Part shown: positions 1 to 10,329 of the stretch, one piece after another
Position numbering within the stretch: position 1 is the first letter of the stretch
Layout: each line of letters starts with the position of its first letter
Source of the DNA: Alphaproteobacteria bacterium
GTDB taxonomy: Bacteria; Pseudomonadota; Alphaproteobacteria; CAAHEQ01; UBA3637
Reading direction: 5' to 3'
Length of the DNA: 64,000 nt
Assembly (NCBI GenBank): GCA_017467335.1
Contig: JAFTSJ010000027.1
Span: 109 to 64,108, forward strand
Notes under the pieces: model-generated
Told to the model about the DNA's origin: nothing
The model's database searches: none
What the model saw: only the letters and a program-made list of their open reading frames with translations
Program-made: the position numbers and the translations under genes

Positions 1-1
1 T

Positions 2-145
2 TTTATCAACCTATCAGGTCAACGGGTTTCGTGCACGGCTAATGACACTGAAATTCCCGACTCGCAAGATGCCCGTAATTTGTGTACACAATGCAGTGAT
101 CGTTATGTCGAAACAACAGGAGATCAAATTATGTGCCGTCAATAA
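2..145 (+). CDS. C-terminal fragment (cut by the window edge) of a Cys-rich CxxC-repeat protein, paralog of 44659..47391
   Basis: Frame 2 is open from the window edge to TAA at 143-145. It translates to ...SCTANDTEIPDSQDARNLCTQCSDRYVETTGDQIMCRQ*, which parallels IPNEDQARLQCTACTNRVW...YIC in the 910-aa protein. Confidence 0.6.
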   Translation, partial: FINLSGQRVSCTANDTEIPDSQDARNLCTQCSDRYVETTGDQIMCRQ

Positions 146-164
146 GGTTATATAAAAAACACTC

Positions 165-202
165 AAAAAAAGATGAATCAATCAAATGATTCATCTTTTT
201 TG
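165..202. terminator. Bidirectional rho-independent terminator between convergent genes
   Basis: 10-bp stem agatgaatca (171-180) / tgattcatct (187-196) with a 6-nt loop, flanked by an A-run and a T-run. Confidence 0.7.
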
Positions 203-271
203 TTTTTATGAAAGGCGTTCTTTGACGATAAAACGGTGTTATTATTTAAAATTATTTTCAGCCGTTTTGCT

Positions 272-949
272 TTAAAAATCCAAATCAGCGTAATTAGCGG
301 ATGGTAATATCCCTGTCAATTTGTCATTTAAAAGTGTATTAAAAGAAGGACGGGATTTCATTTTAGCATACCATATTTTAGCATCAGGATAGGCATTCCA
401 ATCAATTTCTCCCAGATAATCCAATATGGATATGTGAGCAGCAATTCCCAAATCAGCCATAGATAAATTACGTCCGCCCAGATAACTTCTGCGAGCAGCT
501 AACCAATCAATATATCCCATATATCGGTTCAAATTTGCTCGGCCGATTCTTATCAGTCCCGATTCAGGAGCCCCATTTTTTCGGATAGCTTTAAAAACAC
601 GTTCTCCGACCAACGGTTTAAATACATCCATATAAAAAGACGTATCAAATAAATTGGTCAATCGTCTGATTTCAGCCCGTCCTCGAGGTGTTTCTCCCAA
701 TAAATTCGGCAAGGTTTTAATTTCATTTATATATTCACAAATCGCCACATGGTCACTTAAAATATGACCATCCGGTTCAATTAAAACAGGGACTTCGCCA
801 AACGGATTTAATTTCAAAAATTCCGGACGCCGTAACCACGGTGTTTCAAAAATCATACCGTAAGGTAACCCTTTTTCAAATAAAAGCAAACGTACTTTGC
901 GTGAAAAAGGACATAATGTATAATGATATAAAGTTCTACGCTCTGCCAT
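272..949 (-). CDS. Glutathione S-transferase family protein
   Basis: 225-aa ORF. The N-terminal thioredoxin-like part (YHYTLCPFSRKVR...NPFGEVPVL) plus a helical C-terminal domain is typical of GSTs. Confidence 0.75.
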   Translation of the reverse strand: MAERRTLYHYTLCPFSRKVRLLLFEKGLPYGMIFETPWLRRPEFLKLNPFGEVPVLIEPDGHILSDHVAICEYINEIKTLPNLLGETPRGRAEIRRLTNLFDTSFYMDVFKPLVGERVFKAIRKNGAPESGLIRIGRANLNRYMGYIDWLAARRSYLGGRNLSMADLGIAAHISILDYLGEIDWNAYPDAKIWYAKMKSRPSFNTLLNDKLTGILPSANYADLDF

Positions 950-2093
950 TTTTTTCTACCATTTCTATCATTTTTAATGCTATTTTTTCCGATGGTGTTG
1001 TACCCGACCCAATACCAAAACAAGAAAGGGCTTGTGTTGTGTCTTGTTGCCCAGTTTGAATCAAATTTTCAGTTGTTTCAAGTATTTTTTCGACTGTACA
1101 ATCTTCTTGTAATAATTCAGGAATAATTTCTTTGTCCATTTGTAAGTTGATTAAGTTGACATATTTTATTTTTAACAGTTTCCGAGCTAACCAACCGGAT
1201 AATTTTGACACTTTATAGGCTATCAGATGAGGAACACCGGCTAACGCTAATTCTAAACTAACCGTTCCTGAAGCGGCAATAGCCATTTGTGCGGCTGCAA
1301 ATGAATCGTAACGTTCTTTTTCGCCTTGAACAATGATATACGGAACATGCCAAGCAGAAAAATAGGTTTTAAGTTTATCGGCAACCGTATCTACCGTGGG
1401 GATAATAACAACCAAATTAGGATATTTTTGATACAACCGTTCAACAACCGATTTAAAAATAGGAACAAGATATTTAATTTCGTTTTTGCGACTCCCGGGG
1501 AGCAAACATAAAACATTTTTATCATCCGAAATATTATATTTTTGTCGAAATAAATGAGCGTTTCCTTTGTCTGCCCCCCCTTCAATAACAGGATGACCGA
1601 CAAATTCAGCCGTTAATCCGTAAGGTGTAAAATAAGCCGGTTCAGACGGAAGCAAACAAAACAGATGTTGCACATACTGTCCCAGTGTTTTGGCTCGTTC
1701 CTTTTTCCATGCCCAAACTTGTGGGGCAACACAGTGGATATGAGGGATATCTATACCGTTTTTTTTTAATTTTTGATGGACCCGAATAGAAAAACTAAAA
1801 CTGTCAATTGTCATGATAATATCGGGTTTTTTTTGACGAATATCTGTTATAATTTCGTTTAAGTGCTTTAAAATACGGGGAATGCTCGGCAACACTTCAA
1901 CAAATCCCATGACAGCTAAATCTTTAATATCAAAAAGACTCGATAACCCTTCTTTTGTCATGGTTTCTCCGCCGACTCCTTCAAAACAAACGGCGTTGTT
2001 CGTTTGTTTTTTCAAGGCACGCATAATGCGAGAACCCAATAAATCTCCGGACGGTTCTCCGGCAATTAAATAAATACATAATGGTTTATTCAT
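936..2093 (-). CDS. lpxB: Lipid-A-disaccharide synthase
   Basis: GT19-like N-terminus IYLIAGEPSGDLLG. Last gene of the lpxD-fabZ-lpxA-lpxI-lpxB row. Start moved to MNKPL (ATG ending at 2093) because the 26 upstream codons of the ORF overlap lpxI. Confidence 0.9.
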   Translation of the reverse strand: MNKPLCIYLIAGEPSGDLLGSRIMRALKKQTNNAVCFEGVGGETMTKEGLSSLFDIKDLAVMGFVEVLPSIPRILKHLNEIITDIRQKKPDIIMTIDSFSFSIRVHQKLKKNGIDIPHIHCVAPQVWAWKKERAKTLGQYVQHLFCLLPSEPAYFTPYGLTAEFVGHPVIEGGADKGNAHLFRQKYNISDDKNVLCLLPGSRKNEIKYLVPIFKSVVERLYQKYPNLVVIIPTVDTVADKLKTYFSAWHVPYIIVQGEKERYDSFAAAQMAIAASGTVSLELALAGVPHLIAYKVSKLSGWLARKLLKIKYVNLINLQMDKEIIPELLQEDCTVEKILETTENLIQTGQQDTTQALSCFGIGSGTTPSEKIALKMIEMVEKNGRA

Positions 2094-3012
2094 GACTGCC
2101 TTTCGATTTTTGCGTTGTTTGGTTAATATGGATTGAAAATTGATTGATCTGTTCACGTATAGTCGGATCAATTAAATCACACGATTGAACACCGATAACA
2201 AAAATGCCCAGTTTATCAGCTGTTTTGACAACTTGTTCAATGTTTGTAATTAAAACTTTTCCTGCTTCAATCGCAATTCCTTTTAATTTAGCATCATAGA
2301 CAGATTGAATTGTTTCAGGTCCGATTGTCGGCATGTCAACCCGTATATCTTGCATCGGCTTGATGGTTTTTACCAATACCCCGCCGTTTCCTTTGCGTTT
2401 AAGTGTTTTTGTTCGTTCAATTAAAGCTTTTGTCCCTTCTATTCCTTCTACGGACAGAACAAGTCCGTTTTGTACAGCAACAGATTGTCCGACATCTGCT
2501 AAGCCCAGTAATTGAGCAACAAAAAATCCACGTTCAATGTCATTTTTATCCGTACCGGAAGGCTCACATTTTGTTAAAGTACCCAGTGGAGCTAACAAAT
2601 TCGGCAAAAATTCATGAATACCTTTGACGTGAAATCCCAATGTTTCAATTTCCCGAATAACATCCCTGAGTAAGCCGTCATCCCCTTTTTTATTTAATCC
2701 GATACGAGCCAATAATTGTAACCCTTTGGCATCCGGTAATAATTCCATAACGGATGGACGGCGAACATGACCAATCATAACAATATCCGTCACATTATTT
2801 TGCTTTAATAATTTTATGGCTTTTCCGATTGACCCGATACGAATCCACGCAATATCACAATTTGTCGGTAATAATTGAGGTTGAGCATGATTTTTAAGGG
2901 CTAACACAAAAAAAGGCAGATTTGTTTGACGACAAAATTCAACCAATGTAGCCGGTAACGTACCACCACCGGCAATAATTCCTAATTTACGTTGTGTTGT
3001 TTTGGTCATCAA
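2086..3012 (-). CDS. lpxI: UDP-2,3-diacylglucosamine pyrophosphatase LpxI (DUF1009 family)
   Basis: 308-aa ORF with N-terminus LGIIAGGGTLP. It lies between lpxA and lpxB, as in alphaproteobacteria that lack LpxH. Confidence 0.8.
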   Translation of the reverse strand: MMTKTTQRKLGIIAGGGTLPATLVEFCRQTNLPFFVLALKNHAQPQLLPTNCDIAWIRIGSIGKAIKLLKQNNVTDIVMIGHVRRPSVMELLPDAKGLQLLARIGLNKKGDDGLLRDVIREIETLGFHVKGIHEFLPNLLAPLGTLTKCEPSGTDKNDIERGFFVAQLLGLADVGQSVAVQNGLVLSVEGIEGTKALIERTKTLKRKGNGGVLVKTIKPMQDIRVDMPTIGPETIQSVYDAKLKGIAIEAGKVLITNIEQVVKTADKLGIFVIGVQSCDLIDPTIREQINQFSIHINQTTQKSKGSHE

Positions 3013-3021
3013 ACAATAATC

Positions 3022-3825
3022 CTATTCTTCCGGTTGTAAAATATTATTTTTAGACGGATGTGAAACAAAATCAACTAATTTTGCAATTAAAGGATTGGCC
3101 ATCATTTCTGCATGAGATGATAATTCGGACAATCTGTCAGCAAAAGTGTTATCTGCTTCTTTTGAAAATAACGTTTTATAGGCTTTTTGTAATTCCAAAA
3201 TGCGTGATTTTTCGAATCCCATACGTTGCAAGCCGATGAGATTTAAACCGGCAACACCGCTACGTGCTCCACCCATAACAATTCCGTATGGAATTAAATC
3301 ACGTGTAACACCACACATCCCACCAATCATGGCACCGTCACCAATACGGGTAAATTGTAAAACAGCTGATAATCCGCCAATTGTTACATTATTACCGACT
3401 TGTACATGACCGGCTAAGGTGGCATTATTACTCATCACAATATCGTTTCCCAAAATACAGTCATGTGCAATGTGACTGGCAACCAAAAAGAGATTTCGAT
3501 CCCCAATACGGGTTATTTTATTATCTACTTCGGAACCGACATGAGCCGTTACATGTTCTCGAAATGTATTATCATTTCCGATAATCAATAACGCATCAGG
3601 GGCATTAGACCGTTTATGTTGGGCAAGCATACCTAATGTTGCAAAGGGATAAACCGTATTTCTTTCTCCCATTGTTGTATAACCATCGACAACAACATGT
3701 GATATTAAACGGCAACCGGCTCCCATTTTGACATGTGCTCCAACCGTGCAATAAGGACCAATTTCAACGTCATCAGCCAATTCGGCTTGTGAATCAACAA
3801 CGGCAGTCGGATGAATTTTAACCAT
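3022..3825 (-). CDS. lpxA: Acyl-ACP--UDP-N-acetylglucosamine O-acyltransferase
   Basis: 267 aa with hexapeptide (left-handed beta-helix) repeats and a helical C-terminus. Conserved position after fabZ. Confidence 0.92.
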   Translation of the reverse strand: MVKIHPTAVVDSQAELADDVEIGPYCTVGAHVKMGAGCRLISHVVVDGYTTMGERNTVYPFATLGMLAQHKRSNAPDALLIIGNDNTFREHVTAHVGSEVDNKITRIGDRNLFLVASHIAHDCILGNDIVMSNNATLAGHVQVGNNVTIGGLSAVLQFTRIGDGAMIGGMCGVTRDLIPYGIVMGGARSGVAGLNLIGLQRMGFEKSRILELQKAYKTLFSKEADNTFADRLSELSSHAEMMANPLIAKLVDFVSHPSKNNILQPEE

Positions 3826-3860
3826 GATGATACTCCTTTATGGTAAAATAAGAAAAAATA

Positions 3861-4346
3861 CTATGATTTTTTAAAGACCATAGCACTGAATAATGCTTGC
3901 GAAACAACTTTTCCGTCAACCCGAGCTTCCCCTCTGAACTTAAAGACATTTCGGACGGATTGTTCCTTTTTAACGGTAAATTCAATCACATCCCCCGGTA
4001 AAATCGGTTTGCGGAATTTAACTTCATCAACTGTCATAAAATAAACACTGTTACCGCCTCGTTCTTCTTCGGGGAAGGACATTAAAACAATAATACCGGC
4101 TGTTTGAGCCATGGCTTCGATTTGTAATACCCCCGGCATAACCGGATTTTCAGGAAAATGACCCATAAAAAACGGTTCATTCATCGTAACATTTTTAATC
4201 CCGATACCGGATTCCCCCGGAATAACGTTTTTCATTTTATCAACCAGTAAAAACGGATAACGGTGTGGTAATAATTTTAAAATTTGATGAATGTTAATTT
4301 CTTCTACAAAATTATCCGGTTTTGTTTCTTGCATTTCTTCTGTCAT
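3861..4346 (-). CDS. fabZ: 3-hydroxyacyl-ACP dehydratase
   Basis: 161 aa with hot-dog fold motifs LLPHRYPFLLVD and FFMGHFP..PVMPGVL. Confidence 0.95.
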   Translation of the reverse strand: MTEEMQETKPDNFVEEINIHQILKLLPHRYPFLLVDKMKNVIPGESGIGIKNVTMNEPFFMGHFPENPVMPGVLQIEAMAQTAGIIVLMSFPEEERGGNSVYFMTVDEVKFRKPILPGDVIEFTVKKEQSVRNVFKFRGEARVDGKVVSQALFSAMVFKKS

Positions 4347-4376
4347 AATTAACCCTTTCTTTTCGTATTTATAATT

Positions 4377-5393
4377 TTATTTCTTTTTCTTTGATAATTG
4401 ACGCAAAGCAATCACTTGTCGCATATATTCCGTGCGGGGAACAGCCGGAGAACCCATTAAAATCGAACCGGCAGGAACATCTTCCATTAAGCCGGATTGA
4501 GCCGCAATCTGAGCACCTGTTCCGATTTTTAAGTGACCGGCAAAACCAACTTGACCGCCGGCAACAACAAAATCTCCAAATTCACAACTACCGGCAATGC
4601 CGACCTGTGATACCATTACACAACAGCGACCTAATTTTACGTTGTGAGCAACTTGTACTAAATTATCAATGCGTGAACCTGAGCCGATAACCGTGTCACC
4701 CATAGCCCCTCTGTCAACGGTTGTTGATGAACCGATTTCAACGTCATCGCCAATAATAACCCGCCCCAATTGAGGAACCTTGACCGGTCCCTTGGCGGAC
4801 ATGGCAAATCCAAAACCATCTTGTCCGATATGAGCTCCGGGATAAATATACACTTTGTGACCGGCAATGCAATGAGAAACAGTTGCATTTGCACCAACCG
4901 TACAATCATCTCCCATTTGAACACCATCATCAATAACAGCATTTGCTTTAATATGACAACGGTTCCCTAAAACAACATGTTTACCGATATAAGCACCGGC
5001 TTCAACACAACATCCTTCTCCTAAAATGGCTGTTTCATCAATATTGGCTCGAGGCGAAATAACCCCTTCAACCACGCGTGGATAAAAAGCAGAAGCAATT
5101 AACCCATAGGAACGATGTGCATCTTGAGAAATTAACGCAATAACACCGTTTGGTACATATTCCAAAAATTTTTCAGGGACGATAACAGCTCCGGCTTTTG
5201 TCTTTTTTAAAGTTTCTCGCACAGCGGGTATGAATGCCCAACTAATATCATTTTCAGTTGCTGAATCAAGAGCCGCAACATCTGTAAAAATGCATGTTTC
5301 ATCAACACCTTCGGGTAATGTTACTTCACCGATTTGAGCGATTTCAGCCAATGTAAGTTGTTCTTTTTTATGAAAAAAACGTGTGTCAGCCAT
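4377..5393 (-). CDS. lpxD: UDP-3-O-acylglucosamine N-acyltransferase
   Basis: 338 aa with a long run of hexapeptide repeats. Conserved position upstream of fabZ. Confidence 0.92.
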   Translation of the reverse strand: MADTRFFHKKEQLTLAEIAQIGEVTLPEGVDETCIFTDVAALDSATENDISWAFIPAVRETLKKTKAGAVIVPEKFLEYVPNGVIALISQDAHRSYGLIASAFYPRVVEGVISPRANIDETAILGEGCCVEAGAYIGKHVVLGNRCHIKANAVIDDGVQMGDDCTVGANATVSHCIAGHKVYIYPGAHIGQDGFGFAMSAKGPVKVPQLGRVIIGDDVEIGSSTTVDRGAMGDTVIGSGSRIDNLVQVAHNVKLGRCCVMVSQVGIAGSCEFGDFVVAGGQVGFAGHLKIGTGAQIAAQSGLMEDVPAGSILMGSPAVPRTEYMRQVIALRQLSKKKK

Positions 5394-5402
5394 TTGATAT
5401 CC

Positions 5403-6080
5403 TTATTTTTTGGTTGTTTTTTCTTTTTGTTGTGGTTTTATTTCTTCTTTGGGTTGAGCCTGTTGTTTTTCAGGTTCTTGTTTTTGTGTTTCAAGTGTTT
5501 GTTGTGTTTTTGCTTGTGCAACCAACTGGGCCGGATTCGGGAATGAAATGTTTATTTTTTTCGAATCTAAACGGCGAATAAATTCAGCTGTGATGTCTGT
5601 ATGAGAAGCACTGTACATTGTTGTTTTTTTCGGTAAAATGACTTGGTAGCCCGTTTTTCCTATTTCATTTAATACTTCTTGAACAACCGGATCCAATTGT
5701 TGACGGGCAATACCGCTGGCTTTCGCAATTAAAGCCTTTTGTAATTGATATGTTTGATTGTAAAAGGCAACTTTTTGTTGAAATTCGGAAACTTCTTTTT
5801 GGAAAGCTTCAGGTTTTTTACCTGAATCTTGAATTTTTTTCTGTAAGGCAGCTAATTCGGCTTGTAACATCTTTTCATCTTCTGCCTGACGAGCCGTTAA
5901 CGCATTCAAGTATTTTTGTTCTTCGCCAATAATAGCACGAAATGGAGAAGCTGTCATTAAAACTTTATCATTATCCAAGATACCGATTTGTTCTTTTTCT
6001 TCGCATGTTAACCCCATTCCTAAACTAATGAAGGCAACACCTAAGGCCAATAATCCGCTATATTTCAAAATTTTATCCAT
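5403..6080 (-). CDS. skp: Periplasmic chaperone Skp/OmpH family, with a long K/E/Q/P-rich C-terminal tail
   Basis: Signal peptide, coiled-coil-rich body, and conserved position between bamA and lpxD. Confidence 0.8.
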   Translation of the reverse strand: MDKILKYSGLLALGVAFISLGMGLTCEEKEQIGILDNDKVLMTASPFRAIIGEEQKYLNALTARQAEDEKMLQAELAALQKKIQDSGKKPEAFQKEVSEFQQKVAFYNQTYQLQKALIAKASGIARQQLDPVVQEVLNEIGKTGYQVILPKKTTMYSASHTDITAEFIRRLDSKKINISFPNPAQLVAQAKTQQTLETQKQEPEKQQAQPKEEIKPQQKEKTTKK

Positions 6081-6082
6081 GA

Positions 6083-8350
6083 TTAAAATCCTTTTCCAAA
6101 GTTTAAACGAAAGATTTGAGTTTTATCACCGGTTTCTTTAACAACCGGAGCAGCAAAGTCTAAGTTAATCATTCCCATCGGCGATTGCCATAACACACCG
6201 GTACCGACAGATAACCGAATTGAATTTTTGTATTCCATTGTTCTGGAATCATAACCATCCGGTTTACCGATGTAACCTGCATCAGAGAATAATTTTCCCT
6301 TAATTCCTAACTCTTTGGGTAATCCGACCGGAAAGACAACTTCCGTTGAAGCCGTAGCATACCAGTTACCACCCAATGAGTCATCCGTATAACGGTCCCG
6401 AGCACCGACACCGCCATATTCAAACCCACGCAAAGAAGCATCACCTAAAAAGTAGCGATTGTTAATACGAACATCTTCTCCGCCCAGACCCCAGATACGA
6501 CCGGCATCACCTCGAACAGATAAAACAACTTCATCAGCAACAGGGAAATATTGGATACCGGTTAAGTTGGCTCTGAAAAATTTTGTATCGCCCCCCAAAC
6601 CGGCAATATCTGCCCCGAAAGACAAATAATATCCTTCGGTTGGATTGATACGACTGTCTCGTCTGTCGTAAACAAAATCTTGACCAATCATAGATACATT
6701 TGTTTTACCTTCTTGTTCTTTAATGTAAATAGAGGCATCATCATCAATATCCGTAACATCATCTTGACGTAACGTATAACGAACTGTTTGACGTAATCTG
6801 TCCGTGTAATCCCAGCCAAAACGGACAGCTCCACCGGTTGATGTTGAACTGTATGAACTGTAATCACTGTTATCACGAGTTGTTCGGAAAATTTCAAGAC
6901 CAGCCAACAATGGCATATCCATAAAATACGGATTTGTAAATCCGGCTGTATATTGTGTTTCCCGTTGTGAAATTAAAGCATTCAAATTGACGATATTACC
7001 CGTTCCCAAGATATTACGTTCCGTGATACCCGTTTCAAATAATAATCCGTCATATGATGACCAACCGACACCGATATTAAATGAACCGGTTGATTTTTCA
7101 GATACTTGAACATCAACATCTGTTTTAGATGAATCACCGTAAAGGGGAATTGTTTTAAAATCAACTTTATCAAAGTAGTCCAAGTTTTCAATCCGTTGTT
7201 TAGAACGGCGTAATTTAGCCGCATTAAAGGCATCGCCTTCCTTTAAACGAAATTCACGCCGAATAACCGTATCTTTTGTTCGGGAATTACCATGAATGTT
7301 GATTTTGTTAATTTTAACTTTAGCACCTTCCTGAACACGGAAAACAACCCGAACCGTTTTTTTATCTGTATCTTTAAAAAATTCAGGTGTAACTTCGGCA
7401 AAAGCGTAGCCGGCATCTAAAAATTCATCTGTTAAATTTTCAATGGTTTTATCAATCAATTCCGAATTAAATCGATCACCGGCTTTAAATTCAAAAAATT
7501 CTTTTAAGTTTGTTTTTGATTTTTTTTGATATTCCGGTAAAGAAACAACAATTTCAGGTTGGGCAAAACGGTAACGGTTCCCTTCATCAACTTCAATCGT
7601 CAAAACAAAACCCGATTTATCCGGTAATAATTCAGCAACAGCATTTTTAACTTCAAAATCAACATATCCTTCTTGCAAATAAAACCGTCTTAACATTTCC
7701 TGATCATAATTTAATCGATCCGGATCATACGTATCCGTGCTGGCAAAAAAACGGTACCACGCATTTTCTTTGGTAATCATGACATCTTTCAAATCATCAG
7801 CCGAAAAATGTTGATTGCCGATAAAATTGATTTTTTCAATAACGGTTTTAGCCCCTTCATCAATTTCAAAAACAACATCAACTCGGTTTTGGTCTTTTTG
7901 AATGATTTTTGGTGTAACCGTTGCCCCAAATCGACCGCTTCTTTTATAAACATCCAACAATCTGTCGGCATCGGATTGAGCTTTATTTTTTGTATAGACA
8001 GAACGAGGCTTTAACATTATTTCCGTTTTTAAAACATCATCATCTAATTTATCATTTCCTTCAAAAAACACATCTCGAACAATGGGATTTTCTTCCAATT
8101 GAACAGACATTGTACCGCCGTTCATTTTAACCCGAACATCTGAAAACAAACCGGTGGCAAACAGTGTTTTTGTAGCTTTATCTAAATCAGCAGCAGTAAT
8201 ATTTTGTCCTTTTTTGACGTTTAAATAACTCATGATTGTACTGTCTTCAAGGCGTTGAGTCCCATTGACGGTAACGTCTTTTAAAACGGCAGCAGTAGCC
8301 GTTGTCGTTAAAAAAGAACCTAATAAAAGTAATCCGATTGTTTTTTTCAT
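6083..8350 (-). CDS. bamA: Outer membrane protein assembly factor BamA
   Basis: 755 aa with a signal peptide, POTRA-like repeats, and a C-terminal beta-barrel ending ...FRLNFGKGF. Confidence 0.95.
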   Translation of the reverse strand: MKKTIGLLLLGSFLTTTATAAVLKDVTVNGTQRLEDSTIMSYLNVKKGQNITAADLDKATKTLFATGLFSDVRVKMNGGTMSVQLEENPIVRDVFFEGNDKLDDDVLKTEIMLKPRSVYTKNKAQSDADRLLDVYKRSGRFGATVTPKIIQKDQNRVDVVFEIDEGAKTVIEKINFIGNQHFSADDLKDVMITKENAWYRFFASTDTYDPDRLNYDQEMLRRFYLQEGYVDFEVKNAVAELLPDKSGFVLTIEVDEGNRYRFAQPEIVVSLPEYQKKSKTNLKEFFEFKAGDRFNSELIDKTIENLTDEFLDAGYAFAEVTPEFFKDTDKKTVRVVFRVQEGAKVKINKINIHGNSRTKDTVIRREFRLKEGDAFNAAKLRRSKQRIENLDYFDKVDFKTIPLYGDSSKTDVDVQVSEKSTGSFNIGVGWSSYDGLLFETGITERNILGTGNIVNLNALISQRETQYTAGFTNPYFMDMPLLAGLEIFRTTRDNSDYSSYSSTSTGGAVRFGWDYTDRLRQTVRYTLRQDDVTDIDDDASIYIKEQEGKTNVSMIGQDFVYDRRDSRINPTEGYYLSFGADIAGLGGDTKFFRANLTGIQYFPVADEVVLSVRGDAGRIWGLGGEDVRINNRYFLGDASLRGFEYGGVGARDRYTDDSLGGNWYATASTEVVFPVGLPKELGIKGKLFSDAGYIGKPDGYDSRTMEYKNSIRLSVGTGVLWQSPMGMINLDFAAPVVKETGDKTQIFRLNFGKGF

Positions 8351-8383
8351 TTTTTATCCTCTAATATTCAAAATTAAACCGTC

Positions 8384-9481
8384 CTATCCAAATATCCGAC
8401 CGATAATGCGAGGCACATCTAAAAACATGGTATATGCCAACAGTAAAAGCAATAACCCGATTCCCATGACTAAAAAGCCGTTTTGTGTTTTTTCGGAAAG
8501 AGGTTTTCCTCGAATGGCTTCCACGATGTAAAAAGCTAAATGTCCACCATCCAGAACAGGAACAGGTAATAAATTCATAAAACCGACAGCAATAGAAATT
8601 TGAACAATGAATCCCAACAATGATAAAAATCCGCCTTTCATGGCATCACCTGATGCTTCGGCAATACCCAAAGGTCCCCTCATATCTTTTGCGGACCGAT
8701 TTGAAAACAAAACCTGTTTTAAATAGGTTAATGTATCTGCTGTCATTTGATAGGCTTCTTTAACCGCTAATGAAAAGGCCTTTACTATATTAACGTTCGT
8801 ATTTGTCGAAATCAATTCGGCAGTCGGACGAATTCCGATGAGTGGAAATTCCGAACCATTGACAATGCGTGGTTTTAATGTAACTTCTTTTTGTGTACCT
8901 TGTCTTTCTAAAACAATAGATAATGGTTTTTCAAATTCCGTCAAGCGAACAATTCGTTGAATATCTGCAAACCCGGTAATAGACAGTCCGTTAATCGTGA
9001 GTAATTTATCCCCTTTTTCTAGTCCGGCTTCCGAAGCTGCCGAATTAGGAATAACTTCACCAATAATGGCCGGTATGGTTACTTCACCGAATTTAAAAAT
9101 AATTCCTGTCAATAAAATAATAGCGAATATATAGTTCATAGCAGGACCGGCAAAAATAATAGCCGCCCTTTTCCATAACGGTTGTGCTAAAAATGTATAT
9201 TTAACCATATCTTCGGCAACTTTTTGCGTGGAAGATTTAGCACTGGCTGCATCTTCATCACCCAACATTTTAACATAACCGCCTAACGGAATTAAGCAAA
9301 TTTTCCACCGTGTTCCTTTTTTATCAACCCGATGCCATAGTTCTTTTCCAAAACCGATTGAAAAATCAGTTACATGAACCCCACATAACCGAGCAACGTA
9401 AAAATGCCCTCCTTCATGGATAACAACAACCAAAGAAAGAACAAAAACAAATGCAAAAATATAAATGAACGATGATAACAT
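8384..9481 (-). CDS. rseP: Site-2 (M50) zinc metalloprotease RseP
   Basis: HEGGHF (HExxH) in TM1, a central PDZ-like segment, and a LDGGH motif near the C-terminus. Confidence 0.92.
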   Translation of the reverse strand: MLSSFIYIFAFVFVLSLVVVIHEGGHFYVARLCGVHVTDFSIGFGKELWHRVDKKGTRWKICLIPLGGYVKMLGDEDAASAKSSTQKVAEDMVKYTFLAQPLWKRAAIIFAGPAMNYIFAIILLTGIIFKFGEVTIPAIIGEVIPNSAASEAGLEKGDKLLTINGLSITGFADIQRIVRLTEFEKPLSIVLERQGTQKEVTLKPRIVNGSEFPLIGIRPTAELISTNTNVNIVKAFSLAVKEAYQMTADTLTYLKQVLFSNRSAKDMRGPLGIAEASGDAMKGGFLSLLGFIVQISIAVGFMNLLPVPVLDGGHLAFYIVEAIRGKPLSEKTQNGFLVMGIGLLLLLLAYTMFLDVPRIIGRIFG

Positions 9482-10329
9482 TAGAATAAAACGCCCCCAT
9501 CGTTAAAATAACATATTATCAAAGCCGTAACAACTGAAGCAAACAATAATCCGTCAACCCGATCAAACAATCCGCCATGTCCGGGTATTAAATTGCTGGA
9601 ATCTTTTAGATTTAAACGCCGTTTGATGTAAGATTCGAAAAAGTCTCCGATTTGTGAGACAATAGCTAAGATTCCGGCTGATGAAACCAAAACGAATACC
9701 AGTTGGTTAAACGTAACGGTACTTTCCGGTAATAAATAATTGTATGCTTTCAGATAAAGAGCAAATCCATAAGCAACTAACATTGCAAATAAGATGGCAC
9801 CGGCCAGACCGGACCACGTTTTTTTGGCACTGATTTTAGGAGCCAGTTTAGGGCCTTTGACTGTTTTCCCGACTACATATCCGCCAATATCCGTAGCCCA
9901 TACAACGAAAAATAACCATAAAACAATTTCACGGCTGATTCCTTCGTTAACATAATAAATATAACCCAGTGACAAAATGGGCAAACAAATATAAAGTGTT
10001 CCCAATGAAAAAGCCAACCGACCATCTGTTTTCCAATATACAATAGTTAAGCCCAGTAAGGACAACCATAAAGCAAATCCCGGATTGCCTTCTGTCAAAA
10101 AAGCAACCAAACAGGCAAACAATGCCATAATAACGGTATTTGATGTCACTTTTTTATCAAACATAATGCTCCATTCCCAAGCAAGACCAACGCCGAATGT
10201 AGCTAATAGAATTGTATATAGCGGGATGGAATAAATTTCATAGAAAAATTTTCCGAACCAAATACTTCCCAAAACCAACGGAGCTAATACAACCGCTGAT
10301 ATTGTTCTTAAAAACAAATTTGAATGCAT
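9481..10329 (-). CDS. cdsA: Phosphatidate cytidylyltransferase
   Basis: Polytopic membrane protein carrying the CdsA signature SYIKRRLNLKDSSNLIPGHGGLFDRVD. Confidence 0.93.
   Translation of the reverse strand: MHSNLFLRTISAVVLAPLVLGSIWFGKFFYEIYSIPLYTILLATFGVGLAWEWSIMFDKKVTSNTVIMALFACLVAFLTEGNPGFALWLSLLGLTIVYWKTDGRLAFSLGTLYICLPILSLGYIYYVNEGISREIVLWLFFVVWATDIGGYVVGKTVKGPKLAPKISAKKTWSGLAGAILFAMLVAYGFALYLKAYNYLLPESTVTFNQLVFVLVSSAGILAIVSQIGDFFESYIKRRLNLKDSSNLIPGHGGLFDRVDGLLFASVVTALIICYFNDGGVLF

Noticed and set aside
936-2171. Long N-terminal extensions of lpxB (to 2171), glk (to 13798), rluD (to 34319), the GlmU-like gene (to 12891), the OM barrel (to 36067), the GNAT (to 31164) and rsmB-like (to 48118)
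   Set aside because: The extensions overlap the upstream gene and precede an internal Met that begins the conserved N-terminal motif, several with a visible RBS. The shorter starts were used.
5403-5520. Low-complexity K/E/Q/P-coding DNA (Skp tail), and the similar stretch at 24100-24400, considered as noncoding repeats
   Set aside because: Both are in frame within otherwise good ORFs and encode charged tails or coiled coils. They are not independent repeat elements.
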